57,164 bases of DNA from Octopus bimaculoides. Its lineage: Eukaryota. Positions 12,401 to 26,859 of this stretch are shown here, in pieces. How positions within the stretch are numbered: the first letter of the stretch is position 1; every line of letters begins with the position of its first letter. The notes below the pieces were generated by a model. That model saw only the letters and a list, made by a program, of their open reading frames with translations, searched no databases and had not been told where the DNA came from. The DNA is taken from assembly GCF_001194135.2 (NCBI RefSeq), contig NC_068985.1, positions 76,600,490 through 76,657,653 on the forward strand, written 5' to 3'. The translations under genes and the position numbers were made by a program.

Positions 12401-12494
12401 CTTCACATTATAAAAATTAATAAATAATTTGAATGTATAATTTTAAATTTAGATGAATTGCAATGATTATAAAGGTATCTATTTACTCCTGTCA

Positions 12495-12629
<135 letters not shown>

Positions 12630-12818
12630 ANNNNNNNNNNNNNNNNNNNNNNNNNNNNNNNNNNNNNNNNNNNNNNNNNNNNNNNNNNNNNNNNNNNNNN
12701 NNNNNNNNNNNNNNNNNNNNNNNNNNNNNNNNNNNNNNNNNNNNNNNNNNNNNNNNNNNNNNNNNNNNNNNNNNNNNNNNNNNNNNNNNNNNNNNNNNNN
12801 NNNNNNNNNNNNNNNNNN

Positions 12819-12877
<59 letters not shown>

Positions 12878-13087
12878 GTATAACAGTTTTAGATGTAGCA
12901 CACATTTGTCAGTGACCTGGTTGAAATTTCAAGTAGCAAAAACTTTTACACTATATGACAAATAATAACTGTTTAAATGAGGCTAACAGTCTTTGTGCGT
13001 TTCTGAATGGCTAACTCGTGTCTTCCACTCTGCAATCATATTTTGTCTGATAAAGCTAATCATCAAGTATTGCTTTGCAAAAGTAAA

Positions 13088-13124
<37 letters not shown>

Positions 13125-13399
13125 CATGCATGCGTGCGTGCATGCATGAATGTGTGTGTGTGTGTGTGCCTGTATGTGTGTTTACTGCTGTAAAAACCAG
13201 TTTGAAGTCAGAAAGCATAACTTGGAGATTTCATAAACATGGATCAATAGGACATAAACGTGGATCAATAGGATATGTACCATAAAACAGAAATAAGTTT
13301 TATGGTTGATCTGATTCATTATAAAACAATGCTAGAAAACCACATTTGAAGGTGATTTTCAAGCATGGGTGCAGTCCAGTAACTGAACCAAGCAGTGAA

Positions 13400-13880
13400 A
13401 GATAAGATGCTTCATCCACTCATCTTCCTTGCCCAGTATTCCTGGCAGAGTTGTAGGGGTAGACTCTTGGGGTACCTCCTCCATCGGGTCCTATCAGATG
13501 CAACCATCATTAGACTTTCTGGCTGGATTCCCAGACATGACTAACTGAAAATATGGATATTATCCAACCATCTCATTTTTGGTCTATCCCCAGGTCTCCT
13601 GCTAGTTGTCTCAGAATGAAGAATCCATCTTGCAGTTCTTTCCTGCAACATTCTAATCACATGTCTGTAGTACTGGAGTTGTGATCTTTCAATATGGATA
13701 AGTAGTGTTTCAGCCCAGAGAGATTTCTGATCTCCAAGCTATGCACCCTGTCAAGTAACTTTGGGGAGGTCTTTTGGAGGAACCCCTCCTCAGCCTTTTA
13801 TAGTCATAGTTGTATTCTTTCAGTCATTACCCAACATTCATGGCTGTAGATGAGGATAGGCATGAAAACCAAATTGAAGA
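13400..13880 (-). mobile_element. Highly decayed RTE-like LINE 3' fragment
   Basis: Minus-strand remnants resembling the GRPK.RW.D motif, with a 3' tail. Confidence 0.45.
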
Positions 13881-14098
13881 TAAGATGTTAATTCTTCAAA
13901 TATTCCATTTTCTAGTTTCATGAACACACAGATATACATGATGGAAATGAGCAGTAAATTTGTAAAAGCTAACTAAAAAAGTTTATGCTGAAACACTCTT
14001 CTATTCAAAAGTTACATGACATTAGATTGCAAGAATTTACCGTTTTAGAGGAACAAAAATGAAAAATGAGACAAGTAATTTTGGAAGGTTGTAGTTAC

Positions 14099-14180
14099 CT
14101 GTTACATGTGGAGTTAGCTTGGTGCCATGTTTGAGAAGAATTGAAGATATAGTAACACTGTCCAGATATCAAATACCATC
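14099..14180 (-). CDS. Coding exon (82 nt, G-WYLISGQCYYIFNSSQTWHQANSTCN-S), CTL domain N-terminal part
   Basis: Acceptor cttcctttcag, donor AG|gtaact. GW..CY...W..A...C CTL signature. Phase 1 in, phase 2 out. Confidence 0.92.
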
Positions 14181-14249
14181 CTGAAAGGAAGCAGAAAGAT
14201 TAGCTGGAGAAAAATTTTATTGCACACACAGTTTCCCACATGCACCCTA

Positions 14250-14282
<33 letters not shown>

Positions 14283-14702
14283 GCACACACACTCTCTCTC
14301 TCTTTTTCTCTCTTTCTTTCATACACACATACACACACGAATGCACAGTTGTACATATACTGTACATGCAAATAGAAGAGGGATAATGCCCCAATTAATG
14401 TCTGGTTGAGAATACCAGCTGTAATCATTCCATCTTCTGGCAAGGAACCTAAGATCTCATTATTGAATGTGTCTTTGTTTGGATTGTGAGTTTGAAGGAA
14501 CTTTGGCTACTATTTTTAGCCAGTTTAGTGTGTAGGCAGAATAGTGAGATAGAGATAGATATGAGCAGATATATAAATAGATAAACATATATTTTATATT
14601 ATAAACATATATTTAACACTGTTCATATATTTCAAAACTAAAACCATCTCAGATGAGGTCAAAGTAAATAGAAACAAAGTGGTTAATAAAATATTTAAGT
14701 AA

Positions 14703-15019
14703 GAGTCAAAAAAATGCATGTCAGAATGCTCCAATTAATCCATATCACTCATATAATCCATTTGCAGTCTGAAAATGTAGGTCAACATTTTAGTGAGTAA
14801 ACTATATATATGTATGTATGTCTGTATAAATATATATATATTATTGAAACTAAATGTTTTAATAATATATATCTTATAATGTTTGTTTTTGTAGCATTCT
14901 GTAAGTTTCATAGTTTACTCACTAAAATGTTGACCCACATTTTCAGACGGCAAATGGATTATATGAGTGATATGGATTAATTGGAGTACTCTGACAGATG
15001 CATTTTTTTTTTTTTACTC
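14703..15019. mobile_element. MITE-like element with about 100-bp inverted arms around an AT-rich core
   Basis: 14703-14805 is the reverse complement of 14911-15019 (ctccaattaatccatatcactcatataatccatttg...). No clear TSD. Confidence 0.75.
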
Positions 15020-15293
15020 CTACCGGCCACCAACTTCATAACCATCGTTCCTGTCTATCGCCATGTTTGGACGCCTCATGTATTGAGACAGAAAATTACC
15101 AGTTTGCTCGCCATTTTCTGACATCTTAAAAAAAGAAAAAAAAACCAATTTGTTTTCAGTGGACTGCAACACAGGTTTGGCGACCAAGAGAAAAAATTTT
15201 GTTTTTCATTGCTGCACACAGTACTCAAAAAAAAAAAAAAAAATCTAAAATTTTGTTAAGAAAATTTCTTTTGCATACACGTTACTATTCTAA

Positions 15294-15521
15294 TTTCTTT
15301 ATTGCCCACAAGGGGCTAAACATAGAGGGGACAAACAAGGACAGACAAAGGGATTAAGTCAATTACATCGACCCCAGTGCGTAATTGGTACTTAATTTAT
15401 CGACCCCGAAAGGATGAAAGGCAAAGTTGGCCTCGGCGGAATTTGAACTCAGAATGTAGAGATAGACAAAACACTGCTCATCATTTCGCCTGGCGTTCTA
15501 ACATTTCTGCCAGCTCACCGC
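15294..15521 (-). mobile_element. SINE family A (alternative tail) upstream of the Gypsy gag
   Basis: 9-bp TSD ctattctaa at 15285-15293 and 15522-15530. Confidence 0.88.
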
Positions 15522-15539
15522 CTATTCTAACAACACTTT

Positions 15540-18500
15540 TGTCAGTTCTTTGGTCTTTTCTTTTCTTTCCTCTGTACAAAATGAGTTTTCCCAGCTTACC
15601 CGCATACTCTGGTGATGTCACACTTTGTTTTGCTCAACTGGATGCATATTGGATGGCTCACCAACAGCAGCTAAACCTTTTGTACTGTGGGATGCCTTCA
15701 CCTCTTGCACGCTCGGTGAAAGATCTCATCACTGATCCACATCTGGACATGACTTACGTGTCCGTCAAATCTGAGGTCCTCCATCAAAACACACAATCTG
15801 TGGAGAGTAAATTCCAGACACTGATGCAGGATGAACATCTGGGAGATAGGACGCCATCTGAGTTTCTTCATCGTTTGTGAGAACTCAGCGACACTCCACT
15901 TGAAGATAATCCTCTGCTTAGGAAATTGTTTTTCTCTCGTCTACCGCCGAATGTCCAATCGATACTGGCAACAACGGACGACTCCAATTTGCTTGATCAG
16001 ACAGCCACCATGGCGGACAAGATCATAGATTTTACTGTGTAGCCTGCACCTCACCATACCTGTTCGGACCCCGTAGTAGCTTCCTCTACTACCACAAAGT
16101 CTTCAACCTCATCACATGACGACATTTTGGAGACAGTCGATGCATTAACATGTCACATGGATACACTGTGGTGAGAACACGTCAGCTCTCGTCGTCCTCA
16201 CAGCAGAAGCCATTCTAAGTCACAGTAGTCTACTTCTACTCCAACGGTTTCCTATCTCTGCTGGTACCATGCTGCATTTAAGGACAAAGCCCATCGATGC
16301 ATCCCGCCCTGTTCATTCAAGCCGTCGGGAAACTAGTTGTGGAAGATTTGGGCATGTCAAATTCTTCCCGAAATTTTTCATCTCATCATGTATTCTTTGT
16401 TAAGGATTATGTGTCTGACGAATCGTTAATGGTTGACACCAGATCCAGCTGTTCTATTTGGCCTTTGCATCTTACTTCAGACAAGCTGAAGTAATCTGCC
16501 ATTACCCTGCACGCAGTGAATCTATCTATCCCCAATAAAAACTTATGGTCAGGTCTCATTAAACCTAGATTTCAACCTTCAAAGGGATTTTAGGTGGGTT
16601 TTTGTTATAGCAGATCTACCATACTCCATTCTGGGCACGAACTTCTTAAACCACTTTCACTTGTTAATAGATGTCAAGCAACAGAGACTCGTGGACGATT
16701 CTACATCTTTGTTTACGCCTGCTTGGGTTACTACTAATGCAATTTTCAGCCCCTCATTTTTTGTCGCCACTGCTGGTGACCAGTTCCACTCCCTTTTGGC
16801 TTCTTTCCCAGAGCTGGTAGATCTGACTTTCAAATCAGTCAAAGACACACAGTCGACTCGCCATTATATCACTACTTCTGGACCACCCGTCTTTTCACGT
16901 CCATGGTGACTCACCCTTGATTGGCTCAAAAAGGTTTGATCTGAGTTTGAGCATATGCTTCAACTTGGCCATTTTTGCCCTCCACCTTGGGCATTTCCTC
17001 CACATTGGGCATGGAATGGGGATTCAAATTTTTGCCCGGTGGGGGATTACAGATGTTTGAATGTGGTCACTGTTCCCAATCGCTATCTGATAAGGAATCT
17101 CCAGGATTTTTCTTCAAACTTGCATGGTTGTACTATTTTTTCCAAGGTTGACCTCATCCGGGCTTATCATCAAATTCCGATGAACCCTGATGACATTCCC
17201 AAAACTGCCGTAACCACCCCTTTTGGAAGTTTCAAGTTCCTGTTTATGAGCTTCGGTTTGTGGAATGCAGCGAGCACATTTCAGAGGTTTATTGCCGAAG
17301 TTGTCTGTGGACTTGACTTTGTTTGCTTACATTGATGATTTGCTCATAGCTAGTGACACATGTAAAAATCACCTCCAACACTTATCTCAACTTTTTCAGT
17401 GTTTTTGCACCTACAACATGCGCATCAACTCCAATAAGTGTATTTTCGATAAGACCTCTCTGGAATTCCTAGGTCATTATATAGATTCTAATGGTATCTG
17501 ACCCCTCTCCTCCAAAGTCGATGCAATTCAACACATCTCACCTCCCATTTCTTTACACCAACTGTGTCACGTCTTGGGAATTGTCAACTTCTACAGGAGA
17601 TTCATACCTAAATGTGCAGACAAGTTACTTCCCTTCCCTCAACTATTGAAAGCAAATACAAAAAAAATTTCTCCAATCACTTTATCTGCCGAGGCATTAT
17701 CTTCTTTTGAGTCAATCAAGAAGGAAATAGCTTGCACATCCAGTTCCAGATGCTTGTCTCTCTTTATCAGTTGATTCATCAGACTCTGCAGTTGGTGCTG
17801 TTTTACAACATACCGTCGGTAATCAGGCTTGACCTTTGGCATTTTTTTCTCATCAATTAAAGCCAGCTGAACGTCATTTCAGTATGTCTGATCATGAACT
17901 CTTAGCAATCTACCAGTTGGTTCGTCATGTCAACTCGAGGGCTGAAACTTTGTGATTTATATTGATCACAAGCCTCTTATGTTTATTCTGTCATCTAAAT
18001 CGGACAAACACTCGCCTCGTGCTTTTCGTCACCTGGACTGTATTTCCCAGTTCACGAGTGACATTCGGCATATATTTGGAACAGAGAACGTACCTACTGA
18101 CACACTCTCTCATCTCCCTGTGTGTTCTCTTTCATCTCCTGCTGCAATCAATTTAGGTGCTATTGTGCAAGATCAGCCAGCCCTGGACACACTGGATCTA
18201 ACTTCCACCAAGTTGTCCTGTTGCAAATTTGCCTATCTTCCACTTCTGTCTGCTGAAGGCACAATCCTTTGTGACGCAGCTACTGGTTCTCCCAGACTGT
18301 TTGTACCTGAAAACCACCAGCATTCCATTTTTGATGCCTTGCATTCAGTCACATTCTGGCATCACTGCCTCGGTGAAGCTTATTACGGTTCGGACATTGA
18401 CAAATGGACTCATGTTTTTGTTTAAGATGATTCTGCCAGAGGACCGCTTGTTTCTCCCTATAAAAGACCATTTTGTGTGCTATCACACACACCCAAAACT

Positions 18501-19441
18501 TTGAGTCTCGGCATCAATGGTCGGGCAGAGACCGTGTCAATTGACAGACTTAAAAAGGCACATTTTGAGGTTTCCACACCCTTCGATGACACCCCAGCCA
18601 CGCCCATTTTTGATCCTTTACAACCACCTACACGTCCACTTGCACATTCACATTTGACCACACCATCACCTACACCTCCACCTTTGTCACCACAACCTAA
18701 CACAAACAAACCTTATGTCACCAGGACAGGCCGTACTGTGCATTGGCCCAAAAAACTTACCAGAACTATTAACATCTGTCAACCTCTTTTGTGTTTCCTG
18801 TGACAGACAATTGCTTTCTTGTGATACTGAACAATTCCAATGCTTTGCCATAGAACATTTTTGTCAAAATTTTCTGCATGCCGATTCATATTTCTTGTAA
18901 TTATTTTATTTTGACTTGTCACATTTTGTACCATATCTTGTTTGCGATCAGTTACCATCTTTGCTCTTTTCTTGTGCCTGCTCCAGTTATTCTCCATTTT
19001 TTGCACTAATATTCTCAGTGGGGAGCCCCTGAAGCAAGGCACAAGAAGCCAGCACCATTTTGAGTGAGGTCTCACCGGTAGCCATTGCCATGTATGTGAC
19101 AAGAACGAGATCTCACCTGTAACCATTTGCTATACGCAAGACAACAACGAGATTCTCGACAGTAGCAAGAAACTAACGACATTCACTCTCTCATTTTCCT
19201 TCTCACACTTACGCTGAGAAATATTGTGTAGCCAGCAGCTTACAGTGGGCTCTTGTCCCACCCTGACTCCACATGCTTATCTCCAGAGGTAATGAACCTC
19301 ATGGGAGTTAAAACAAACCACGTGCTGCAATAAAGATGGTCACTGAGAGCGAACCACATGAATGAGAACTCTGTAAATAAACGGCTATTGAGTTGTACTC
19401 TGCTTGTGAACTTCTTCATGTTCCAGATGCTTGAAACTACA
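15540..19441 (+). mobile_element. Decayed Gypsy LTR retrotransposon (gag, protease, RT, RNase H, partial integrase, PPT, putative 3' LTR)
   Basis: Gag [42 protein letters not shown], RNase H IDHKPL, C-terminal PYKGPF-like/VSIDRLKKA. PPT agtggggagcccc before 19030. Many stops and frameshifts. Confidence 0.92.
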
Positions 19442-19502
19442 AAAATAATTATAATGGGAGAAGGAGATACTCCACAGGTAATCATAAACCTTCCATTCCA
19501 TT

Positions 19503-19603
<101 letters not shown>

Positions 19604-20872
19604 CATATTAGGAGAAAAAGGACATATTGCAGAGTAATCCACAATTCCAGTTATTTACGAGTTATTCGATGATTAGTCAAACACTTGGTATGGCTTGGAA
19701 TAGCAATAAATAAACCAGATTTTAAATTTTGCAACAGTTGTTTCATCATTTGAATTATGCAATACATGAATGCAGTTCTAAAGCTCATCAGGCAGTATTT
19801 AAAACAGAGTTGAATGATGACTTGTTGAGTTATCATTTGATTCTCAGTCAAGCTAATATGGCCATAGTCAGTTAAATGTCTTTGGCCAAACAGAATATAA
19901 CAGTGATGATGGGTTACAAACTGTTGCTTTTTGACTTTTCAGTTATTATTATTTTTCTATGTAAGCAATGACTTAGTTTGTGATTTTTAATAGGTTTAAT
20001 ATGTGATTTTTAATAAGTTTTGAACCTGAAGAAAACACCTAACCTATAAGATGTTATTTTGACTGTTCTTATTGTTGCTTTTGTTAAGTCCCACTTCAAA
20101 CCAATCATTTAGAATGATTATCTATGACATTCCATCTATAACTATCTTGTCTGCAAAATCAGGAAGCAAAGATGTTTACTGGCAATGCATGAAAGCAAAT
20201 TTTGCTCTTCTGGCCTTCTTGTATGCAAGTCTGTGATAGGAGAATGTAATCCATTTGATGATAGTAGATGATTTCCTGTAGGTTGTGTAGATAATATACT
20301 TCACAACCACAGTGTCAACACAGTTGCTGTTGATTTGCTGTTGAATCACTTGTTAGGAAATGTGTGAAAAGTATGGAAAGACACACCAACAAGGATGGTT
20401 TCAGTCATTTGCTTGGATGATGCAGATGTGGCAGAGTTAAAGCAAAAGTATTCAGTATAGCGATGACTGAGCTGTGATTTCAATTATCATTATCCTTAAG
20501 GAGTACAGATTAATATGATGTGGAAAGATTAAAATAGGAAATTGTCAAACAACCTTACTGAGGACAGAAACTGTCATGTGGAGTAATTGTTTGGATTTAA
20601 ACATGAAATAAAAATCAAAATAACTTGGAGAGAATGAAATGGTCAGAGACTTGACTATGTGAGGAGACTAGCTGGTACATATATAGATTAATATGGTAAA
20701 GTTTTATACTTCTGAACTCACAGAATTAACGTGAGACGAATAAGAGAGTTAGCAGTAGCGGTTTACATTGGACAATGACTTTGGAGAGAGGTAAGGAATG
20801 GCTACATGTTCTCAATCAATCCAGGAAGACACATTTTTGAACATCCCCTTGTTGCTTCTTCTATGAATATTG

Positions 20873-21075
20873 GTTTCAAGTTTTGGCACAGGACCAGCAA
20901 TTTTGGTTAAGTTGATTAGATTTCCCAAGACTCAAATGGTACTTATTTTATCGACCCTGAATGGACGAAAGGCAAAATCAACCTCAGTAGAATTTGAACC
21001 CAGAACATAAAGCCAGACAGAATGCCACTAAGCATTTTCCCCAGTGCAGTAATGATTCTGCCACCTCGCTGCCTT
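20873..21075 (-). mobile_element. SINE family A
   Basis: 17-bp TSD ttcttctatgaatattg at 20856-20872 and 21076-21092. Confidence 0.9.
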
Positions 21076-21685
21076 TTCTTCTATGAATATTGATGTGGTG
21101 TGAAGAATTGTTCAGATTGATTTTTCATTCATTTTTTTTTTTTGTTTTTATACTTTGACATGTCTTCATCATGTTAATTTGACACAAGATCCTGAATAAC
21201 ATGGCTGTGTGATTAAGAAGTTCACCTTTTCCAACCATGTAGCTTTGGATTCTGTCCAACAGCATGGCACCAAGGGCAAGTACCTTTTGCTACAGCCACA
21301 GAATTACCAATGCCTTGTGTTNNNNNNNNNNNNNNNNNNNNNNNNNNNNNNNNNNNNNNNNNNNNNNNNNNNNNNNNNNCACAAAATGTTTGGTACCTCT
21401 GCACTCAAAAATTCTTTTAGAATTAAAATCCCTGCACTTGAAAAATAGTTAAGATTTAGTGACAGGATGAGAATCCAGCTATAGAAATATTACCTCAAGT
21501 ACCTCCTCACCTAAAAAGCCAAAAAGGTAAATGAACAAATAAACTATTTTGAATGTCGAAGCATTCAGACTTTTCCCAATGACACCAACAATGTGATTAG
21601 AGTATAATGCTTTCAATTGCAAATCAAAATCACATTATTATTTCAAACCATTTTCCTGTTAGTGAATCTTGATCTTAATACTCAC

Positions 21686-21716
21686 CATTTTGACACTGAA
21701 GATTTGTGGCTGATTT
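21686..21716 (-). CDS. Coding exon (31 nt, KSATNLQCQN-G) of a C-type lectin/LDLa (uninflatable-like) gene
   Basis: Pyrimidine-rich acceptor ttttcag, consensus donor G|gtgagt. Ends in phase 1 and joins the next exon to give CQNGW, the start of a long-form CTL domain. An alternative acceptor 7 nt inside (24-nt exon) is possible. Confidence 0.7.
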
Positions 21717-22169
21717 CTGAAAAATTCACAAAAAATAAGAAACAATTAATTAGGGAAATATTGACAAGAAATTGAGATGTTATGGTAAAAAAAAACAAAA
21801 AAAACATGAAATATGAAGTAAACCTGAACCAAGAGGTTTCCACCATTGAGAATATTTTTATGTCTCAGTAATAAAAGGTCACTCTAAACTGTAACATATG
21901 TTTGATTTGTGTTTTAATCAATAACTTTAGTCATTACTATGATATCAATACAATTAAAATAAGGTGACATCAGGTATTCAACAAGGACAAATGACATCAT
22001 AAATCATTGAAGTGACTTTTTCACATGTCTCTCTGTGAATAAATCATAAAAACATGAAAGAATCATTTGACATAAGAAACGTAGGTAAGTACAGAAGATT
22101 TTTAAAAAAGTGATAACATGTACATTAACAACATCTAAGAAAACAAAACCTGACAAAATCTGTCAACCG

Positions 22170-22623
22170 AAAAAGTTGTTTGAACAGTTTGGGTCTCAGA
22201 GCAACCAAGAGAGGGGGTCATGTCTTGATTGTAATTCAAGTACAGTATTTGGTAATGAATAAAGATATTGTCTATATCCTTGTTTTAAAATAGTTATACT
22301 GTATTTGTGCATGTTGTAGTACCAAATAAAGGTACAACTGGAAAAGCAGATTTAATGAAATACAGCTATTAGAGTTTAAAAAAATATAGCAATATTTTCA
22401 TATTTCCTGAAAAGGAGTGTTTTGTGGAGCTTTTTTACATTTTCTTTTTCTTTTTTGAAAAGTATGAAAACACAATATTTTTTCTCATTATATTCTAATT
22501 ACCAAATGCCCTAATTAAGGCATGCAACAGCATGACAATAACAGCAATTATTTTCCATAACTTTAAAAGTTAATTACAAAATTGCTGTAGTTACAAGAGG
22601 TAATTATGTTCTGTCAGTGTTAT

Positions 22624-22667
<44 letters not shown>

Positions 22668-23165
22668 TTCTTTATTGACCACAAAGGGCTCGTGCATACA
22701 ATAAACATTAAAACTAGTGCTTAAAATGCAAGCATGGTAGGACAAACACAGTTTTATTTTAAAATAAGAGAAAAAAGAGTGAGAACTTTATACAATAAAT
22801 GGGTTAAAAATTTGATAAAAGTATGGAATAAGTATAAAATTACTTGAAAATTCAGAAATTAAAACAAGATGTCACAATAATAGTAAAAGTAGGAAAATAT
22901 ATTTAGCAGTACCCACACACAGATAAAAATCCTCCACCTACATCAGCTCATATTTGCAAGCACCGCATATCGTGATCATCAACAGTCCCATTCCATTTCT
23001 TTCAGATACCAAGAACCTGTCTATTCAAAATTTGTAAGAACAGTTTGGCTATCAGAGCAAGTGAAAGAGGGTCCATGTCTTGACTGTAATTTAAGTGCAG
23101 TATTTGACAATAGATAAAGATTCTGCATGCATCCCTGTTTTAAAATAGGCATATTGCATTTCTGT
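22170..23165 (-). mobile_element. Two overlapping-similarity 3' fragments of a non-LTR retrotransposon (possibly L1/Tx1-like) with a (CTA)n tail
   Basis: 22170-22310 is similar to 23030-23165. aataaagaaa plus a (CTA)n tail at 22625-22680. Clade assignment is uncertain. Confidence 0.45.
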
Positions 23166-24099
23166 GAAGTTGCATGGCTAAAGCGGTTAGGATATTTGGC
23201 TCATGATCACAAGGTTGTGAGTTCAATTCCCATGGACATGCTGTGTCCTCAAGCAAGACACTTTATTTCAAGTTGCTCCAGTCTGCTCAGCTGGCAAAAA
23301 TGAGTAGTACTTGTATTTCAAAGGACCAGCCTTTTCACACTCTGTGTCATGCTGAATCTCTCTGAGAATTACATAAAAAATTTGAAACTAATATGTTACC
23401 ATGGAGATGCAAATGTTTGCTACCTCAGCCCACCTTTTGAAGATAACTTCCACTGATTCCATTTCTGGATGAGCCTGCTATCTTATCTGTAATGCCATCT
23501 CTGTTTCTATCCACCTGGAAGTCATAACTGAACAAGAATACAAGCATCTTAAACAGAATACCTGTTCAGCAACAGGTGCCACTGTTGTGACTAGCGTAGA
23601 CTTAACTCTACAGATACCAAATTGTAAACCTACCTACATGTCTTGATTACTGAATGCTCCTGTTACTGCCTCAGACCCCTTCAGCATGGTGATAACCACC
23701 TCACTTTCTGTGACTAGATGAAACTCCGTTGAAAGTGCCAACCAAATTAAAACTATTCAAAAAATTATACACATCATTCTTGCACAACATGAAACTTAAA
23801 ATGCAGTGCCAGTTTTCACAACACATCAATTTGATATTAAAAAAAAAATGGAGTAAAGCAGGACTGCATCATTGCCTCTACATTCTTTTTCCACTTCCCA
23901 TTCAGCTAGCTCAAGTTCACTATGAGTAAATTTCTGCCTTGCACCCAGATCTTATACTGATCAAATAAAAGACTATCTAATAATGGTTTACTCCTTGTCA
24001 GAACAAAGGCCACAACAACCAAGTCAACCGAACACTAGTACACAGTTAATATCACAGTTAGCATAGCATTCACAGAACTATTGGCAATTGCCAACATTT

Positions 24100-24700
24100 T
24101 GCCTGCTGTATATGCGAGAATGAGTCTAATTCTCAACATAGTAAAACAGTTGATTTGCATTAACAACTACCCAACAAGCAGGGATTCATGTACAATGATA
24201 GCTGATGGAAAATGTAGAGTACTTTCAGTATCAGGCTAGTCACCAATAACAGAATAAAGAGAATGATGTACAGATCCAATACAGATAAAATGGATCAGTG
24301 CAACCTTTTATCATCTGAAAAGACAAGTATTTGATCATGATCTGAGACAAGCAAGGAAACTTATGGTATACAAAGCAGTTCTTGTAATGCTGCTCTACTC
24401 TATGGTTCTGAAACCTGAAGAAACTATTGGTGGCATCTCTATAAGTTGGAAATATGTCACTAGAGATGTCAGAGAAGAATAAAGCACATCTCATAGAATA
24501 GACTATCTTCCATCAAGATATGTCTTGGACTGAAACCATGATTATGCAACATCAGCTTGGATGGAAAGGACGTCATGCAAATAGTAGACCATCAGTCGCC
24601 CAAACAACTGTTTTAATCATACTTGAATGAAAGAAAGCACACATGAGGGACAAAGAAAACTGTTCAAAAGCATAGTTGAAGGAAATTCCAAAAGCCTGAA
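24100..24700 (+). mobile_element. Decayed RTE (BovB-like) LINE RT C-terminal fragment
   Basis: LLYGSET, LKP.IMQHQL.W.GHV, PKQLF, GQRKLFK remnants. Confidence 0.65.
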
Positions 24701-25307
24701 TGTGTGTAGGAGGGGGAATATTTGGTGAACAACCAGTACAAGCGAAGGTAGATTGTCCCTAATAAAACTCAACACTTTGACAGTACAAACCAATCAACAC
24801 AATACCTCTTCTCTCATGTGGTAATAAGAGCCCAATCTGAGACTGGGTCTAAGGTTTCTATGTAGTCACATGTAGGACCATAAAAGTTCATTCTTATAAT
24901 TATTCTTGATCCCAAGGGCTTGCTGACAACTGCAACTACCATATAAACAAGATATTGCTTGTTTGCGACAGAGACAGTATAGGTATTAGAATATAACAAT
25001 AGAAAAAAGAAGTGAGCAAAAAGTTTAGCCTTCAAATAAATCAATAAACTTTTCTCTATTTTATCAAAAATTGCGTGGTTGATGATTAGAAAAAGGATCT
25101 GATAACAAGCCACAGTTGTTGCGAGATGTTAAACATAAACAGTGAGTCACTGAGGTCCTAAGTATTTTATTGCACAACCTCAATTGAAGCTCAAGGAAAT
25201 GGGTTAAGAGTATAAATAAATAAATATTTCCAATCAATACAACAAAGGCAAACAATTATATTGATTGGAGTTTTGTGCTTACCTTTGCAGTAAAATCTTC
25301 AGTAATA

Positions 25308-25522
25308 TTGGCTTCAAATTTTGGCACAAGGCCAGAAATTTTAGGTGAGAGGTAAATCAATTACATTCACCCCAGTGCTCAGCTGGTACTTATTTTATTG
25401 ACACCGAAAGGATGAAAGGCAATGTCAACCTCAGTGGAGTATGAACTCAGAATGTAAAGACAGATGAAATACAGCTAAGAATTTTGCTCAGCATGCTAAA
25501 AAGTCTGTCAGCTCGCCACTTT
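25308..25522 (-). mobile_element. SINE family A
   Basis: Similar to the other copies; CpG-decayed. Confidence 0.85.
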
Positions 25523-25715
25523 AAGATTTTCGGTAATATTCAACATATTTGAGAGCTAAGCATGGTTGTGTGGTAAGAAGCTTGCTTACCAGCCACATAG
25601 TCTCTGGTTCAGTCCCACTGCATGGCATCTTGAGCAAGTGTCTTCTACTACAGCCTCGGACCAACCAACACCTTGAGAGTGGATTTGGTAGACAGAAACT
25701 GAAAGAAGCCTGTCT

Positions 25716-25765
<50 letters not shown>

Positions 25766-26859
25766 TCCATCTACCATCGCTTGACAGCCGATATTGNNNN
25801 NNNNNNNNNNNNNNNNNNNNNNNNNNNNNNNNNNNNNNNNNNNNNNNNNNNNNNNNNNNNNNNNNNNNNNNNNNNNNNNNNNNNNNNNNNNNNNNNNNNN
25901 NNNNNNNNNNNNNNNNNNNNNNNNNNNNNNNNNNNNNNNNNNNNNNNNNNNNNNNNNNNNNNNNNNNNNNNNNNNNNNNNNNNNNNNNNNNNNNNNNNNN
26001 NNNNNNNNNNNNNNNNNNNNNNNNNNNNNNNNNNNNNNNNNNNNNNNNNNNNNNNNNNNNNNNNNNNNNNNNNNNNNNNNNNNNNNNNNNNNNNNNNNNN
26101 NNNNNNNNNNNNNNNNNNNNNNNNNNNNNNNNNNNNNNNNNNNNNNNNNNNNNNNNNNNNNNNNNNNNNNNNNNNNNNNNNNNNNNNNNNNNNNNNNNNN
26201 NNNNNNNNNNNNNNNNNNNNNNNNNNNNNNNNNNNNNNNNNNNNNNNNNNNNNNNNNNNNNNNNNNNNNNNNNNNNNNNNNNNNNNNNNNNNNNNNNNNN
26301 NNNNNNNNNNNNNNNNNNNNNAGGAAAGCGGGGCTTATCTCTTGGTTCCATTCTCATAATTGTTTCGTGAATCCAGTAACAACAACACAAAGTATGTAGC
26401 CCTTAAAATGGTCTCTGTGCATTTGTTGAGAATACTAAACTGTCTTACACAGAATCTTGTTTTTAGGAACTCCCAATAAGTTATTAATACCCAAATTGTG
26501 AAGTCAGTTATGGAATAGCATGAAATTAGTTACCCGATAGTAAGAATTCAAATAAAGTAGCTCCGAAAAGGGCTTTAATACATTCCCAGAGTATATAGAA
26601 CTTAGGAGGAAATACTAATAAGGTATGCATACTAAAATCCTGAAGCATGTTACGTAATAACAGGCCAATCAGATATGAAATAATAACAATTCAAAGTAAA
26701 TAACTCTGAAAAAAGCTTTTGTGCATATGCAGAGAATATTACCTTTAGTGGTGCTAGTGTTGGCGTATTCGGGAATAAGTCACTAACTGAAATAAGTGGA
26801 TCTATTAGGGTTATTTCCCTTAAATGTTTAAAAATAATATATTAGTTATATGTAGTAGA

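Noticed and set aside
24814-25113. Hydrophobic minus-strand ORF as the signal-peptide exon
   Set aside because: No upstream in-frame ATG and only weak donors; it could not be linked to the next exon with confidence.
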